A stretch of 64,000 nucleotides of DNA, from assembly GCA_031379365.1 (NCBI GenBank), contig JANNFB010000026.1:173-64172 (forward strand), in the 5' to 3' direction. The DNA is from Burkholderiales bacterium. Lineage in GTDB: Bacteria; Pseudomonadota; Gammaproteobacteria; Burkholderiales; Burkholderiaceae_C. Made by a program: the position numbers and the translations under genes. Positions 18,501 through 32,713 of the stretch are shown here, piece by piece (position 1 is the first letter of the stretch; each line of letters starts with the position of its first letter). The notes beneath the pieces are model-generated. The model did no database searches, was not told the origin of the DNA, and worked only from the letters and a program-made list of their open reading frames with translations.

Positions 18501-19441
18501 CCCCACAGCACGGCCTTCTTGCCGCCGGCGTTCATGGCGATGTTGCCGCCGATGCAACTGGCCTCGGCCGAGGTCGGGTCCACAGCGAAGACGAAGCCGG
18601 CACGCTCTGCCGCGTCGGCCACACGCTGGGTCACCACGCCGGCCTCGCTGAACACCGTGGCCACCGGCTCGGCCAGACCCGGCAAGGAACGCATCTCGAC
18701 CTCGCTCATGGCCTCGAGCTTCTCGGTGTTGATCACAGCGCTGCGCCAGGTCAGCGGAATCGCGCCACCGGTGTAGCCCGTGCCGCCACCGCGCGGAATG
18801 ATGGTCAGGCCGAGCTCGATGCAGCCGGCCACCAGCGCGGCCATTTCGGCCTCGCTGTCGGGCGTGAGCACCACGAAAGGCATCTCGATGCGCCAATCGG
18901 TGGCATCGGTGACGTGCGACACCCGGGACAGGCCGTCGAACTTGATGTTGTCCTTGGCAGTGCAGCGGCCGAGCACGCGGCGGGTGAGCTTGCGCAAGTC
19001 CCAGACGGCGCGGAAGTGGGCGGCGATTCGATCGACCGCCGCCCGCGCGGCCAGCAGCAGTTGGCCGACCAGGACATCGCGCTCAGCCGCGTCGCGGTCT
19101 GTGCCCGGCGTGCGCCGCTTCTCGACTTCGGCCAGCCGGTGCTGCAAGGCTTCGATCAACTGAGCGCGGCGCTTCGGGTTGTCGAGCAGGTCGTCTTCGA
19201 GGTAAGGGTTGCGCTGCACCACCCAGATGTCGCCCAAAACCTCGTAGAGCATGCGCGCCGAGCGGCCCGTCCGGCGCTCGTCGCGCAACTTGGCCAGCAG
19301 GTCCCAGGCCGGCTCACCGAGCAGGCGGCGCACGATCTCGCGGTCGGAGAACGAGGTGTAGTTGTACGGAATCTCGCGCAGGCGCGGCGCGGCGGATTCG
19401 TCGGCGACGAGGCCAAGGTGCAGGGGCAGGGGTGCGTTCAT
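15503..19441 (-). CDS. Large fused FAD-linked oxidase / Fe-S (GlcD-GlcF-like) oxidoreductase with an N-terminal DUF3683-type region
   Basis: FAD_binding_4 region ([16 protein letters not shown]). Two ferredoxin-type clusters ([11 protein letters not shown] and [12 protein letters not shown]). C-terminal Cys-rich CCG-type repeats ([17 protein letters not shown]). Start chosen at [10 protein letters not shown]. Confidence 0.8.
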   Translation of the reverse strand: MNAPLPLHLGLVADESAAPRLREIPYNYTSFSDREIVRRLLGEPAWDLLAKLRDERRTGRSARMLYEVLGDIWVVQRNPYLEDDLLDNPKRRAQLIEALQHRLAEVEKRRTPGTDRDAAERDVLVGQLLLAARAAVDRIAAHFRAVWDLRKLTRRVLGRCTAKDNIKFDGLSRVSHVTDATDWRIEMPFVVLTPDSEAEMAALVAGCIELGLTIIPRGGGTGYTGGAIPLTWRSAVINTEKLEAMSEVEMRSLPGLAEPVATVFSEAGVVTQRVADAAERAGFVFAVDPTSAEASCIGGNIAMNAGGKKAVLWGTALDNLASWRMVTPEAKWLEVTRLNHNLGKIHDVEVASFELKYFDASGKKLERTEHLDIPGRSFRKEGLGKDVTDKFLAGLPGIQKEGCDGLITSARWIVHRMPKHVRTVCMEFFGNAKDAVPSIVEIKDYLFAQPDVKLAGLEHLDDRYLKAVGYATKSKRSLQGSGLPKMVLVGDIVGDDENAVARATSEVVRIANSRHGEGFVAVSADARKKFWLDRKRTAAIAKHTNAFKINEDVVIPLERMGEYTDGIERINIELSLRNKLELIDALEHFFARSALPLGKGDDAGEIPSAELLEDRVQQALALLADVRTLWSGWLAGLDAAQADHAGASFFALLQDTRLRASWKTQVLKPLQQLFAGAAFTALLDECRRIHKEVLRGRVWAALHMHAGDGNVHTNLPVNSDNYAMLQSAHAAVVRIMALARSLGGVISGEHGIGITKLEFLTTYELKDFAAYKQRIDPEGRFNKGKLLRYEVGEGGDGAGGLSSMAHAADLSHAYTPSFGLMGHESLIMQQSDIGAISDSIKDCLRCGKCKPVCATHVPRANLLYSPRNKILATSLLIEAFLYEEQTRRGVSIRHWEEFEDVADHCTVCHKCLSPCPVKIDFGDVSMNMRNLLRKMGQKSFRPGNAAAMLFLNATNPQTIKLMRMAMVDVGFKVQRFANKMLALAARAQTRAPPATVGRAPVKEQVIHFINKKMPGGLPKKTARALLDIEDADYVPIIRNPAATTADTEAVFYFPGCGSERLFSQVGLATQAMLWHAGVQTVLPPGYLCCGYPQRGSGQFDKADKIITDNRVLFHRVANTLNYLDIKTVVVSCGTCYDQLQGYRFEDIFPGCRIIDIHEYLLEKGIVLQDQAAYLYHDPCHSPMKLQEPMKTVKALVGNNVLKNERCCGESGTLGVTRPDISTQVRFRKEEELRQGEAALRVAASLGPAENIKILTSCPSCLQGLKRFEGDLQNGLLEADYIVVEMARKLLGENWLAEYVARANAGGIERVLV

Positions 19442-19661
19442 CGAAGCGGGTCGCGGGTGGTCGGCGCGCCTTCGGCAGCACTCGATCAACGATCGTACCG
19501 CAGCGCAACAAAACAACCCGAGGGTCGATGGCACGGCCCGCGCGGGGTTATCCCCGTTGCCTTGCTCCGCCGTTCATGACAAAAACTGGGCTGTCACAAA
19601 CAAGCGCCACAGTGTCGGGGCGCGCGCCTCGGCGCAGGTCCTGATTCAACACGGAGTCCCC

Positions 19662-20978
19662 ATGAAACTGCAATCGCTCGCCCTCGCCTCCCTCCTCGCA
19701 GTCGGCGCCGTCCCAGCCCAGGCCCAGACCGAAATCCAGTGGTGGCACTCGATGACGGCCTTCAACAATGAGTGGGTCAACACCCTGGCCAAACAGTTCA
19801 ACGAAAGTCAGAAGTCCTACAAGATCGTGCCGATCTACAAGGGCAGCTATGACGAATCGATGACGGCCGCGATCGCCGCTTACCGGTCGGGCAATGCACC
19901 GCACATCCTGCAGGTGTTCGAGGTCGGCACCGCAACCATGATGGCCAGCAAGGGCGCCATCGTGCCGGCCGGCAAGGTGATGGCCGATGCCGGCAAGAAG
20001 TTCGACACCAGCGCCTACATCGCTGCGGTGGCGGGCTACTACACGGCGCCGAACGGGCAGATGCTGTCCTTCCCGTACAACAGTTCGACGACGGTTTTCT
20101 ACTACAACAAAGACGCGTTCAAGGCCGCGGGCATGGACCCCGAGAAGGCGCCGACCACCTGGCCCGAGGTCGCGCTCGCCGCAGCCAAGCTCAAGGCCAG
20201 TGGCCACAAGTGCCCGCTGACGATCGCCTGGCAGGGCTGGACCCAGCTGGAGAGCTTCTCGGCCTGGCACAACGTCGATTTCGCGACCAAGCGCAATGGC
20301 TTGGGCGGCATGGATGCGCGCCTGGTTTTCAACTCGCCGCTGCATGTGCGCCACATCGAAAACCTCGCCAACATGGCCAAGCAGGGCCTGTTCATCTACA
20401 AGGGGCGCCGCAATGTGCCCGAGCCGTCGTACATCTCGGGCGAGTGCGCGATGGTGACGACGTCGACCGGCTTCTACGGCAACGTCAAGCAGAACGCCAA
20501 GTTCAGCTGGGGCATGGCGACCCTGCCCTACTACCCCGACGTGCCGGGCGCGCCGCAGAACACCGTCATCGGCGGCGCCAGCCTGTGGACCCTGGCGGGC
20601 AAGAAGCCCGATGACTACAAGGGCGTCGCCGCCTTCTACGACTTCATCGCCCAGCCCGAAGTCGCCGCGAGGACGCACCAGGCCACCGGCTATCTGCCAG
20701 TGACCAACGCCGCCTACCAATTGACCGAGAAGGCCGGCTTCTACAAGAACAACCCCGGCACCGATGTCGGCCCGAACCAGATGATCCGCAAGGTCACCGA
20801 CAAGTCGCGCGGCATCCGCCTGGGCAACCACGTGCAGATCCGCGACATCATGGACGAGGAGTTGGAACAGGTGTGGGCCGGCAAGAAGGGTGCGAAAGAG
20901 GCGCTCGACTCGGCCGTCAAGCGCGGCAACGAACTGTTGGAGCGCTTCGAGAAAGCGAACAAGGCGACCAAGGGGTAA
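19662..20978 (+). CDS. ugpB: sn-glycerol-3-phosphate ABC transporter substrate-binding protein
   Basis: Signal peptide MKLQSLALASLLAVGAVPAQAQ, then TEIQWWHSM..., a family-1 solute-binding protein. It heads a ugpBAEC plus ugpQ operon. Confidence 0.85.
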   Translation: MKLQSLALASLLAVGAVPAQAQTEIQWWHSMTAFNNEWVNTLAKQFNESQKSYKIVPIYKGSYDESMTAAIAAYRSGNAPHILQVFEVGTATMMASKGAIVPAGKVMADAGKKFDTSAYIAAVAGYYTAPNGQMLSFPYNSSTTVFYYNKDAFKAAGMDPEKAPTTWPEVALAAAKLKASGHKCPLTIAWQGWTQLESFSAWHNVDFATKRNGLGGMDARLVFNSPLHVRHIENLANMAKQGLFIYKGRRNVPEPSYISGECAMVTTSTGFYGNVKQNAKFSWGMATLPYYPDVPGAPQNTVIGGASLWTLAGKKPDDYKGVAAFYDFIAQPEVAARTHQATGYLPVTNAAYQLTEKAGFYKNNPGTDVGPNQMIRKVTDKSRGIRLGNHVQIRDIMDEELEQVWAGKKGAKEALDSAVKRGNELLERFEKANKATKG

Positions 20979-21000
20979 CTTGATGACGGCTGCCAAGCTC

Positions 21001-21028
21001 GCTGCGCTCGCAGCCGCCTCAGGGCGGC
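21001..21028 (+). other. Two GC-rich intercistronic hairpins between ugpB and ugpA
   Basis: GCTGCG-CT-CGCAGC (21001-21014) and GCCGCC-TCAG-GGCGGC (21013-21028). This is the typical position for mRNA-stabilising or attenuating structures after a binding-protein gene. Confidence 0.3.
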
Positions 21029-21041
21029 CCGGCGGCGGCTG

Positions 21042-21932
21042 ATGGCCGTCGAGAAGCGCGTCGTCTTTCGCTCCGGCTGGCTGCCGTGGGCGCTGCTCGC
21101 GCCGCAGGTCTTCATCATCGTCGCGTTCTTCTTCTGGCCGGCGCTGCAGGCGCTGATGCAGTCGTTCCAGCAGTCCGATGCCTTCGGCACCTCGGTCGAA
21201 TGGGTCGGGATGGAGAACTTCGAGCATCTGTGGAACGACGAGACCTACCTGGCGTCGTTCAAGACCACGGCGGTCTTCTCGCTCCTGGTGGCGGTGATCG
21301 GCTTGTCCGTCTCGCTGCTGCTGGCGGTGTTCGCCGACCGCGTGATCAAGGGCGCGGCCATTTACAAGACGCTGTTGATCTGGCCCTACGCCGTCGCGCC
21401 CGCCGTGGCCGGCGTGTTGTGGCTGTTCCTGTTCGCACCCGGCATGGGCATCGTGGCCTATGCGCTGGGCAGGATGGGCTTCGAGTGGAACCACCTGCTC
21501 AATGGCACGCACGCGATGACGCTGGTGGTGCTGGCCGCCGTGTGGAAGCAGATCTCCTACAACTTCCTGTTCTTCCTCGCCGGCCTGCAGTCGATCCCGA
21601 AATCGTTGATCGAAGCCGCAGCGATCGACGGCGCGAAGCCCTGGCGGCGCTTCTGGACCATCATTTTCCCGCTGCTGTCGCCGACGGCCTTCTTCCTGCT
21701 CGTCATCAACATCGTCTACGCCTTCTTCGATACCTTCGCCATCATTGACGCGGCCACGCGCGGCGGGCCGGGCAGGGACACGGCCATCCTGGTCTACAAG
21801 GTTTACTACGACGGCTTCAAGGCGCTGGACCTCGGCGGCTCGGCCGCGCAATCGGTGGTGCTGATGGTGATCGTCGTGGCCCTCACCGTGGTGCAGTTCC
21901 GCTTCGTCGAGAAGAAAGTGAACTATCGATGA
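21042..21932 (+). CDS. ugpA: sn-glycerol-3-phosphate ABC transporter permease
   Basis: 296 aa, 6 TM, with the EAA-loop region [25 protein letters not shown]. Confidence 0.85.
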   Translation: MAVEKRVVFRSGWLPWALLAPQVFIIVAFFFWPALQALMQSFQQSDAFGTSVEWVGMENFEHLWNDETYLASFKTTAVFSLLVAVIGLSVSLLLAVFADRVIKGAAIYKTLLIWPYAVAPAVAGVLWLFLFAPGMGIVAYALGRMGFEWNHLLNGTHAMTLVVLAAVWKQISYNFLFFLAGLQSIPKSLIEAAAIDGAKPWRRFWTIIFPLLSPTAFFLLVINIVYAFFDTFAIIDAATRGGPGRDTAILVYKVYYDGFKALDLGGSAAQSVVLMVIVVALTVVQFRFVEKKVNYR

Positions 21933-21943
21933 CGAGCCCCCAA

Positions 21944-21990
21944 GCTCACTTCGTTCGCTGCCCCTCGAGGGGGCGCTCAGCGCCCTCCAG
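21944..21990. repeat. REP-like intergenic element (C-tract/G-tract hairpin plus a second hairpin), copy 1
   Basis: GCTCACTTCGTTCGCTGCCCCTCGAGGGGGC followed by GGGCGC-TCA-GCGCCC. It is related to the copies at 23943 and 33770. Confidence 0.5.
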
Positions 21991-22010
21991 GCGGCAGCGC
22001 GGGCGCTGAG

Positions 22011-22862
22011 ATGGTCGAGCGCAAACCGATCCTGACGGCGATCTCGCATCTCGTGCTGATCATCGGCGTGCTGATCGTCGCCTTCCCGGTCTACATCACC
22101 TTCGTCGCCTCGACGCACACCACGACACGCATCGTCCAGACGCCGATGCCGCTGCTGCCGGGCGATCAACTCGTCAACAACTACACCAAGGCCCTGTCGG
22201 GTGAGCGCTCCGGCCCGGGCACCAAGGTGGCAGTGAGCCGAATGATGACGGTGAGTCTGATCAGCGCACTGGTCATTGCGATCGGCAAGATCTCGATCTC
22301 GTTGCTTTCGGCCTTCGCGATCGTCTACTTCCGCTTCCCTTTTCGGCAATTCTTCTTCTGGGCCATCTTCGTCACCCTGATGCTGCCGGTGGAGGTGCGG
22401 ATCGGTCCGACCTACAAGGTGGTGTCGGACTTCGGCATGCTCAACACCTATGCCGGCCTCACGGTGCCACTGATCGCCTCTGCCACCGCGACCTTCCTGT
22501 TCCGCCAGTTCTTCCTCACCGTGCCCGACGAACTGGTCGAAGCGGCGCGCATCGACGGCGCCGGGCCGATGCGATTTTTCAAGGACATTCTGCTGCCGCT
22601 GTCGACGACCTCGATCGCGGCCCTCTTTGTGATCCAGTTCATCTACGGCTGGAACCAGTACTTGTGGCCGCTGCTCATCACCACCGAAGAGCGCATGTAC
22701 CCGGTGGTGATCGGCATCAAGCAGATGATTTCCGACGGCGATGCGACGAACGACTGGGCCACCATCATGGCCACCGCGATGCTGGCGATGATCCCGCCCG
22801 CGCTGGTGGTGATGCTGATGCAGAAGTGGTTCGTCAAGGGCCTCGTGGATACCGAAAAGTAG
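22011..22862 (+). CDS. ugpE: sn-glycerol-3-phosphate ABC transporter permease
   Basis: 283 aa, with EAA loop [24 protein letters not shown]. Confidence 0.85.
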   Translation: MVERKPILTAISHLVLIIGVLIVAFPVYITFVASTHTTTRIVQTPMPLLPGDQLVNNYTKALSGERSGPGTKVAVSRMMTVSLISALVIAIGKISISLLSAFAIVYFRFPFRQFFFWAIFVTLMLPVEVRIGPTYKVVSDFGMLNTYAGLTVPLIASATATFLFRQFFLTVPDELVEAARIDGAGPMRFFKDILLPLSTTSIAALFVIQFIYGWNQYLWPLLITTEERMYPVVIGIKQMISDGDATNDWATIMATAMLAMIPPALVVMLMQKWFVKGLVDTEK

Positions 22863-22872
22863 AAAGACAAGC

Positions 22873-23934
<1,062 letters not shown>

Positions 23935-23942
23935 CAGCCCCT

Positions 23943-23990
23943 GGCTCGCTTTGCTCGCGTCCCCCGGGGGGAGCACAGGCCGCTGGGGAG
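23943..23990. repeat. REP-like intergenic element, copy 2
   Basis: GCTCGCTTTGCTCGCGTCCCCCGGGGGGAGC followed by GGCCGCT-GGGG-AGCGGCC. It lies between ugpC and ugpQ. Confidence 0.5.
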
Positions 23991-24010
23991 CGGCCCTGCG
24001 CAGGCCTGTG

Positions 24011-24751
24011 ATGCAGCTCGACCCCTGGCCCTACCCGGCGTGGATCGCCCACCGCGGCGCGGGCAAGCTGGCACCGGAGAACACCTTGGCGGCGTTTCGC
24101 CTCGGCGCGCAGCACGGCTATCGGGCCTTCGAGTGCGATGTGAAGCTCAGCCGGGACGGCGTGCCCTTTCTGCTGCACGATGACAGGCTGGATCGCACCA
24201 GCGGTGGCCACGGCGACGCCGCCGCGCACACCTGGGCTGAGCTGTCGACGCTGGACGCCGGCAGCTGGCACAGCCGCGCGTTTGCCGGCGAGCCGCTGGC
24301 CAACTTTGCGGCCATCGCCGCCTACTGCCTGGGCAACGATCACCGTCTGAACATCGAGATCAAACCCTCGCCGGGGCGCGAGCGCGAGACGGGCGAAGTG
24401 GTCGCCCGCGAGGCGGGCAGGCTGTGGGCCGGCGCACCGGTCCCACCCCTGTTGAGTTCGTTCAAACCCGATGCACTCGAAGGCGCCAGGGCGACGACAC
24501 CGATCCTGCCGCGCGCCCTGCTGCTCGATACGTTGTGGGCGGGTTGGTTCGAACGCGCCCAGGCGCTGCAGTGTGTGGCCGTCGTTGCCAATCACCGGTT
24601 GTTCGATCGCAGCCTGGTCGAGCGCCTGCACGGCGCCGGCCTGCGCGCCCTGGCGTACACCGTGAACGATGCGGATGTCGCCCACGCCTTGCTGGGTCTC
24701 GGGCTCGACGGCTTGATCACCGACGCCGTCGACCGCTTCGCCCCAGGCTAA
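24011..24751 (+). CDS. ugpQ: Glycerophosphodiester phosphodiesterase
   Basis: MQLDPWPYPAWIAHRGAGKLAPENTLAAF...ECDVKLSRDGVPFLLHDD... are GDPD motifs. It is the last gene of the ugp operon. Confidence 0.85.
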   Translation: MQLDPWPYPAWIAHRGAGKLAPENTLAAFRLGAQHGYRAFECDVKLSRDGVPFLLHDDRLDRTSGGHGDAAAHTWAELSTLDAGSWHSRAFAGEPLANFAAIAAYCLGNDHRLNIEIKPSPGRERETGEVVAREAGRLWAGAPVPPLLSSFKPDALEGARATTPILPRALLLDTLWAGWFERAQALQCVAVVANHRLFDRSLVERLHGAGLRALAYTVNDADVAHALLGLGLDGLITDAVDRFAPG

Positions 24752-26073
24752 CGCGGCAAGGCGACCAAACCTTCCGCGCCGAGCGGCGCCTCGTCACGCT
24801 CGGGCACGGGCAGCACGCGCTGAGCCCGCAACACCGGATGGCGCCAGGCGACGAAGGACAGCAACAGGGCGCCGCAACCGGCAAAGACCAGCGGCGCGCG
24901 CAAGTCGACGTGCTCGCCCAGCCAGCCGCCGATGAGTGCGCCAGGACCGGCGGGCAGCAGGATCAACCAACGCATCGTGCTGGTCATGCGCCCGAGCAGG
25001 GGCGTGGGCGTCACCGCCTGCCGCAGCGCCAGGAAGTTGATGAAGATGAGCACCGCCCCGCAGCCGAAGCAAACCAGCATGGCGGCGAACATCAGCGGGC
25101 CGAAGGCGTTGGTTGGGGCCAGCGCCAGGAGCAACCAGCCCCCGCCGCACACCGCGACGCCGGTCAGCAGGCAGGGGCCGGGGCCGATGCGCGCCGAGAG
25201 GCGGTTGCCCAGGATGCTGGCTGCGATCGTGCCCAGGCCCAGCCCGACGAAGGACAGGCCGATCTGCGACTCGTTCATGCCCAGGGTGCGGGTGGCAAAC
25301 AGGATCTGCACGACGATCGCGGCGTGGTGGCACATCTGCCACAGCCCCACCGTGATCGCCATCGCCACCAACAAGGGCGTGCCGCGCACGAAATGCAAAC
25401 CAGCCCGCAGGTCGCGCCAGAACTGCCTCTTCGTGGGCGGCGGCACAGGCTCCATCACCTTCACGCCGCGCAGGATGACCACCGAAGCCAACAGCATCAG
25501 GCCGTCCAGCAGCAGTGCCACTGGCGCGCCCACGGCCTTGATCAGCGCCCCGGCGAAACCGGGCCCGGCCACTTCAGCCCCAGAACTGGCCAGGGCGTTG
25601 CGTGCGTGCGCTTCCACGAGCCGCTCTCGCGGCACGACCTGCGTCAGAACGATCTGCGCAGCGGAGCCTGCAACGACGTAGACGCAACCCATGACAAAAC
25701 CGACGGCGTACATCCAGGGCATCGTCAGCCAGCCCAGGCTCCAAGCCAAGGGCACGCTGGCGACGATGAAGCCGAGCGCAGTTTCACCAGCAATGTAGAC
25801 CGGCAGTTTGCGCACGCGGTCGAGCCAGACGCCGCTGGGCAGGCTGAACAGCACAAAGGGCGCGATCTCCATCGCCACCAGCAGACCCATCTGTGTGGGT
25901 GTGGCGTGCAGCAGCACCACGGCCGTGAGCGGCAGCGCGAGCATGGTCACCTGTCCGCCCAGGGAGCTGATCAGGATCGAGCTCCACAGACGCCGGAAAA
26001 CGGCGTCGCGCAGCAGGTCGTCGGGCGGCAGCGCAAAACGCTGCCTGAGGGATTCGCGGAATCGGCGGAACAT
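24748..26073 (-). CDS. MFS transporter
   Basis: 441 aa with about 12 hydrophobic segments. N-terminal ...FRRLWSSILISSLGGQV... is typical of the MFS_3/enterobactin-exporter-like subgroup. Substrate unknown. Confidence 0.75.
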   Translation of the reverse strand: MFRRFRESLRQRFALPPDDLLRDAVFRRLWSSILISSLGGQVTMLALPLTAVVLLHATPTQMGLLVAMEIAPFVLFSLPSGVWLDRVRKLPVYIAGETALGFIVASVPLAWSLGWLTMPWMYAVGFVMGCVYVVAGSAAQIVLTQVVPRERLVEAHARNALASSGAEVAGPGFAGALIKAVGAPVALLLDGLMLLASVVILRGVKVMEPVPPPTKRQFWRDLRAGLHFVRGTPLLVAMAITVGLWQMCHHAAIVVQILFATRTLGMNESQIGLSFVGLGLGTIAASILGNRLSARIGPGPCLLTGVAVCGGGWLLLALAPTNAFGPLMFAAMLVCFGCGAVLIFINFLALRQAVTPTPLLGRMTSTMRWLILLPAGPGALIGGWLGEHVDLRAPLVFAGCGALLLSFVAWRHPVLRAQRVLPVPERDEAPLGAEGLVALPR

Positions 26074-26126
26074 GAAAGTCTCTTCGGCAAAACGGTCTTG
26101 TGAACCGCGGTGCAGGCGCCAGGCCG

Positions 26127-26167
26127 AAAAAACGAAGGGCCTGACGCCGAGGTCTCGGCGCAGGCCC
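26127..26167 (-). terminator. Rho-independent terminator candidate downstream of argJ
   Basis: Nested perfect stems GGGCCTG/CAGGCCC (26137-26143 and 26161-26167) and CGCCGAG/CTCGGCG (26145-26151 and 26154-26160). On the minus strand the hairpin is followed by TTCGTTTTTT (A-run at 26127-26132 on the plus strand). Confidence 0.6.
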
Positions 26168-26353
26168 GGATGGGGCGAAGCCGAGGACGTCTAGTGCGCA
26201 GCCACCGATGCACCCAGCACCGGCATGCCGCGGCGGCAGCGTCGGTTCGGAATGTCGTGGGTGGTCATGGGGAGGTCTCGCGCTTTAACAATCTGGCAAT
26301 GATGCTAGCAGTCCGCACCCGGTCGCGGCAAGCTCACGACACGCAGGCGACGC

Positions 26354-27583
26354 TCAACTTCGGTAGTCGGCGTTGATACTGACGTAATCGTGCGACAGAT
26401 CACAGGTCCAGACCGTCGCCTGCGCGGGACCACGGTGCAAGTCGACCCGGATCGCGATCTCGGCTTGCTTCATGACGCGCTGGCCCTGGGCTTCCTGGTA
26501 GTCCGGGTGCCGCCCGCCCCTGACGACGACGTGCACGTCGTCGAGAAACAGGTCGATGAGTGACTGATCGAGATCATCGATACCGGCGTAGCCCACCGCC
26601 GCCAGGATGCGGCCGAGGTTCGGATCGCTCGCGAAGAAGGCTGTCTTCACCAGCGGTGAATGGGCAATCGCGTAAGCCGCCAAGCGGCACTCCTCAGCGG
26701 TGCGCCCGCCGTCCACTTGCACCGTGATGAACTTGGTGGCGCCCTCGCCGTCGCGCACGATGGCCTGGGCCAGCTGGCGTGACACCTCGAACACGGCCTC
26801 GCGCAGCCGCTTGCCATCGGGGTAGCTCAGCTGCGTGATGGGCGCATGGCCGGCCTGCTGCGTCGCGATCAACACGAAAGAGTCGTTGGTGCTGGTATCG
26901 CCGTCGATTGTGATGCGGTTGAAGCTCTGGTCTGCCGCCTCGCGCACCAAGGTCTGCAGCGGCCCGGGTGCAATCACCGCATCGGTGGCCACGAAACCGA
27001 GCATGGTCGCCATGTTCGGGCGGATCATGCCGGCGCCCTTGGCGATGCCGGTGACAGTGACCGTCTTGCCGCCGATTTGAACTTGCCGCGAAGCCGCCTT
27101 GGGCAAGGTGTCAGTGGTCATGATGCCCTGCGCCGCCTCGAGCCAATGGTCGGGCGCGGCATCCACCAATGCTGCTGGCAGTCCGGCAACAAGGCGCTCG
27201 ACCGGCAGCGTCTCCATGATCACGCCCGTCGAGAACGGCAGCACTTGCTCGGGTGCGAGGTCGAGTTGCTGTGCCAAAGCGATGCAGCTGGTGCGGGCGC
27301 GCACCAGCCCATCCTGACCCGTGCCGGCATTGGCGTTGCCGGTGTTGATCAGCAATGCGCGAACGCCGAAGCCAGCATTGAGGTGTTCTCGACACACCTG
27401 CACTGGCGCCGCGCAGAAGCGGTTGGTGGTGAACACACCTGCGACCGCGGAGCCCGCCGCCAGCTTGAACACCACCAGGTCGCGGCGATTGGCCTTGCGG
27501 ATCCCCGCCATGGCCGTGCCGATTTCAAGCCCCCGCACGGGAAGCAGGTCATGTGCAGTCGGAGGGATCAGGTTCACGGGCAT
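26354..27583 (-). CDS. argJ: Bifunctional glutamate N-acetyltransferase / amino-acid acetyltransferase
   Basis: 409 aa: ...[13 protein letters not shown]..., self-cleavage region [18 protein letters not shown], and C-terminus ...[15 protein letters not shown]. Confidence 0.92.
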   Translation of the reverse strand: MPVNLIPPTAHDLLPVRGLEIGTAMAGIRKANRRDLVVFKLAAGSAVAGVFTTNRFCAAPVQVCREHLNAGFGVRALLINTGNANAGTGQDGLVRARTSCIALAQQLDLAPEQVLPFSTGVIMETLPVERLVAGLPAALVDAAPDHWLEAAQGIMTTDTLPKAASRQVQIGGKTVTVTGIAKGAGMIRPNMATMLGFVATDAVIAPGPLQTLVREAADQSFNRITIDGDTSTNDSFVLIATQQAGHAPITQLSYPDGKRLREAVFEVSRQLAQAIVRDGEGATKFITVQVDGGRTAEECRLAAYAIAHSPLVKTAFFASDPNLGRILAAVGYAGIDDLDQSLIDLFLDDVHVVVRGGRHPDYQEAQGQRVMKQAEIAIRVDLHRGPAQATVWTCDLSHDYVSINADYRS

Positions 27584-27659
27584 CGGCAGAGTCCGGCGGC
27601 GCAGCAGGGGTACTGGCGGTCGATTGTAGGATTCGCCACCTCGACGCCGGTCTTACACG

Positions 27660-28796
27660 ATGCATGTCCTGCGGTTGGCCATGGCTGCAATGATCGCCCT
27701 TCCCCCGCTGACGACGATGGCCGCGCCGGCACCGCCCGAGAGGATTTTCATCTCGGGTCACAGCCTGGTCGACCAACCTTTGCCGAGCAACCTGGCGGCC
27801 ATCGCTGCCAGCCTCGGCACACCGGTTCAGTGGAATCGCCAGTACATGGTGGGCTCCTCGCTGCGGGCGCGGGCCCGAGGGCCGTCGGCACCGGCCCACG
27901 CCACCGGGTGGGAGGGCTACCGGCAGGGCGAAAACCGTGACGGCCGCGTTATGGATGTGCTGGCGGAGCTGAGCTCGCCAAAGACGGTAACCGGCGGTGC
28001 TTACGACGGCCTTCTGATCACTGAGCAGCACGGCCTCCTGGGCACGCTGCTCTGGAACGACAGTGTGCGCTATCTGCGTCACCATCACGACCGCTTCATC
28101 GCGGCCAACGCCTCCGGCAGAACCTGGTTCTATGAGTCTTGGCTCAGCCTGGACAACAAGGCCGACCCACGGCGCTGGATCGCGTACGAGCGGGCGGCGT
28201 CGCCGATCTGGCAGTGCATGGCCACGCGGGTGAACGTCTCTCTGGCCGCAGAGCGGCGCAGCGATCGCATTCAGCCACTGCCCGCTGGCGCACTGCTTGC
28301 GGGCCTGATCGAGCGGGCCACGCAGGGACCGGGCCTGCCCGGCATCACAGTGCCGGGCGTGCGTGAGACGGCCGACCGCCTCGTTGCGGACCAGGTTCAC
28401 CTGACGCCAATGGGTGCGTACTACATGTCACTGGTGACCTATGCAACGATGTTCGAAAGGAGCCCCGTCGGCGCCTGGTCGCCCGCAGGCATCGACGCAG
28501 TGGTAGCAAGGTCCTTGCAGACTGTGGCGTGGGAACTGGTCGAGGCCGAGCGCCAAGGCCGCCGCCTTCTCACCTTGGACGAGTGCCAGGAGAAGCTGCA
28601 GTCGTCGTTCATCGCCACGTACTGGGCCTACTCGCGGGACGCGTACTGGCGCGAGGAAATCGGCGCGGCTAGGGCGTGGTTGCGCTGGGCGAAGCACCGC
28701 CTGCAGTGGCACTGGCGGCTGCGCAAGGGCGGAAGCGACAACCCTTTTCGCTACGACGCTGCGACCGACCGCAGCCACTGGCTGCCGCCGCCCTGA
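27660..28796 (+). CDS. Secreted hypothetical protein, possibly with an SGNH/GDSL-hydrolase-like fold
   Basis: Signal peptide MHVLRLAMAAMIALPPLTTMAAPA. Early IFISGHSLVDQ (GxS block) and late ADQVHLTPMG (DxxH block). The Trp/Arg-rich C-terminal tail matches no family I recognise. Confidence 0.5.
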   Translation: MHVLRLAMAAMIALPPLTTMAAPAPPERIFISGHSLVDQPLPSNLAAIAASLGTPVQWNRQYMVGSSLRARARGPSAPAHATGWEGYRQGENRDGRVMDVLAELSSPKTVTGGAYDGLLITEQHGLLGTLLWNDSVRYLRHHHDRFIAANASGRTWFYESWLSLDNKADPRRWIAYERAASPIWQCMATRVNVSLAAERRSDRIQPLPAGALLAGLIERATQGPGLPGITVPGVRETADRLVADQVHLTPMGAYYMSLVTYATMFERSPVGAWSPAGIDAVVARSLQTVAWELVEAERQGRRLLTLDECQEKLQSSFIATYWAYSRDAYWREEIGAARAWLRWAKHRLQWHWRLRKGGSDNPFRYDAATDRSHWLPPP

Positions 28797-28800
28797 AACC

Positions 28801-31545
<2,745 letters not shown>

Positions 31546-31693
31546 GCGGCGTGGCTTCTTGTCGTGGGTGTGCGTGGCCAGGAGGAGATGGGGCGGCTTG
31601 GCCCCATCGCAAGGGGCTGGCGCTCAGGACTGCCGGGGCAGCAGGCGCCCGGCCTTGCGTCCAACGCACAAGGCGCGAGATTTTACCCGGCGC

Positions 31694-32695
31694 TCAGCGC
31701 GAGCGCGCCGCGCTGCGAGACGCCCCGCCCTCGCCTGCTTTGCCTGCGAGGAATCGGGCCGGATTCTGCGGCACCCCCTCCACCAACACTTCGAAGTGCA
31801 GGTGGGGCCCGGTCGAGCGCCCGCTGTTGCCAACCTCGGCGACCTTCTGGCCTCGCTTGACCAGGTCGCCGGTCTTGACCAGAACGCGCGAGGCGTGGGC
31901 ATAGCGCGTCAACAAGCCGTTGCCATGGTCGATCTCCACCAGGTTGCCATACGCCGGGTGTGGCTCAGTCGAGACCACCACGCCACCGGCGGCCGCCATG
32001 ATCGGGGCGCCAATGTCGGCTGGGAAGTCCAGGCCGGTGTGCAGGGCAGCGCGCCCGCTGAACGGGTCGGGGCGGAAGCCGAATCCGGACGTACTGGGAG
32101 CGTCGACGGGGGCAGAACTCGGCACCATCAACTGCGTCAGCCGGCCTTCCAGCAGGCGGGACTCGATCAGGGTGAACAGGTCGGTGGTCTGGTCCGTGCG
32201 CTCGTCGAGACGGCCAGCGTAAGCGCTCAGGTTCTCGAGCGCTTGCACGCGGCCCGCACGGGTGGTGTCCGGCACGAAAGGGCCGCCCTGGCCACCCCGG
32301 CTGCCCGCCAGCGGTGCGGACGCGGCTGCGCCGGGCCGCAACAGCGGCTTGAACTCCTCGGCCTTGACGCCGGCCAAGCCCGAAACCCGGTCGCCCATGG
32401 CCTCCAGCTTGAGCAGCTTGGCCTGCAACTCGCCCACCTTCTGCGCCATGGCGTCCAGGTTCTCGCGCAAAAAGCGGTCACGTTGCGCGGTCTCGTCGCG
32501 AATCACGAAGGAGACGATCTGGCTGACGATCGGCCAGCCGTCACGCGCTGCCTTGAGGAAGATGAAGTGATACATCGCAGCAGACAGCAGCAACAGCAGC
32601 AGCGAGGCGGCGGCCAGGGCTGCGCCGAGTTGCCAGCGGTTGAACTGCAACACGCGTGACTTGGCAATGCTGCCGTGGGTGATCAGGATCTGCAT
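31694..32695 (-). CDS. M23 family metallopeptidase (peptidoglycan DD-endopeptidase-like)
   Basis: N-terminal TM, coiled-coil region, and a C-terminal LytM domain ...HTGLDFPADIGAPI...YAHASRVLVKTGDLVKRGQKVAEVGNSGRSTGPHLHFEV. Confidence 0.85.
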   Translation of the reverse strand: MQILITHGSIAKSRVLQFNRWQLGAALAAASLLLLLLSAAMYHFIFLKAARDGWPIVSQIVSFVIRDETAQRDRFLRENLDAMAQKVGELQAKLLKLEAMGDRVSGLAGVKAEEFKPLLRPGAAASAPLAGSRGGQGGPFVPDTTRAGRVQALENLSAYAGRLDERTDQTTDLFTLIESRLLEGRLTQLMVPSSAPVDAPSTSGFGFRPDPFSGRAALHTGLDFPADIGAPIMAAAGGVVVSTEPHPAYGNLVEIDHGNGLLTRYAHASRVLVKTGDLVKRGQKVAEVGNSGRSTGPHLHFEVLVEGVPQNPARFLAGKAGEGGASRSAARSR

Positions 32696-32713
32696 CCGCC
32701 TAAACTCCTTGCC

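Noticed and set aside
17480-19579. 699-aa plus-strand ORF opposite the FAD/Fe-S oxidoreductase. Similar long antisense ORFs occur at 29581-31143 (opposite secA), 35162-37027 (opposite petB), 42260-43591 (opposite the DegS-like gene), 47149-49128 (opposite the GT51/OmpA-like genes), 12593-13621, 53..54 kb and elsewhere.
   Set aside because: The reasoning is the same as above. In each case the opposite strand encodes a protein with unmistakable conserved motifs, and the antisense translations are compositionally biased and motif-free.
19591-19597. Pho-box half-site CTGTCAC upstream of ugpB
   Set aside because: I could find only one 7-mer resembling CTGTCAT. No second repeat lies at the expected 11-bp spacing, so a PhoB site is not supported by the sequence alone.
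26191-26268. 25-codon minus-strand ORF (MTTHDIPNRRCRRGMPVLGASVAAH) between argJ and its terminator
   Set aside because: There is no Shine-Dalgarno sequence (upstream reads GAGACCTCCCC) and no recognisable peptide family. A short ORF of this kind is easily produced by chance.
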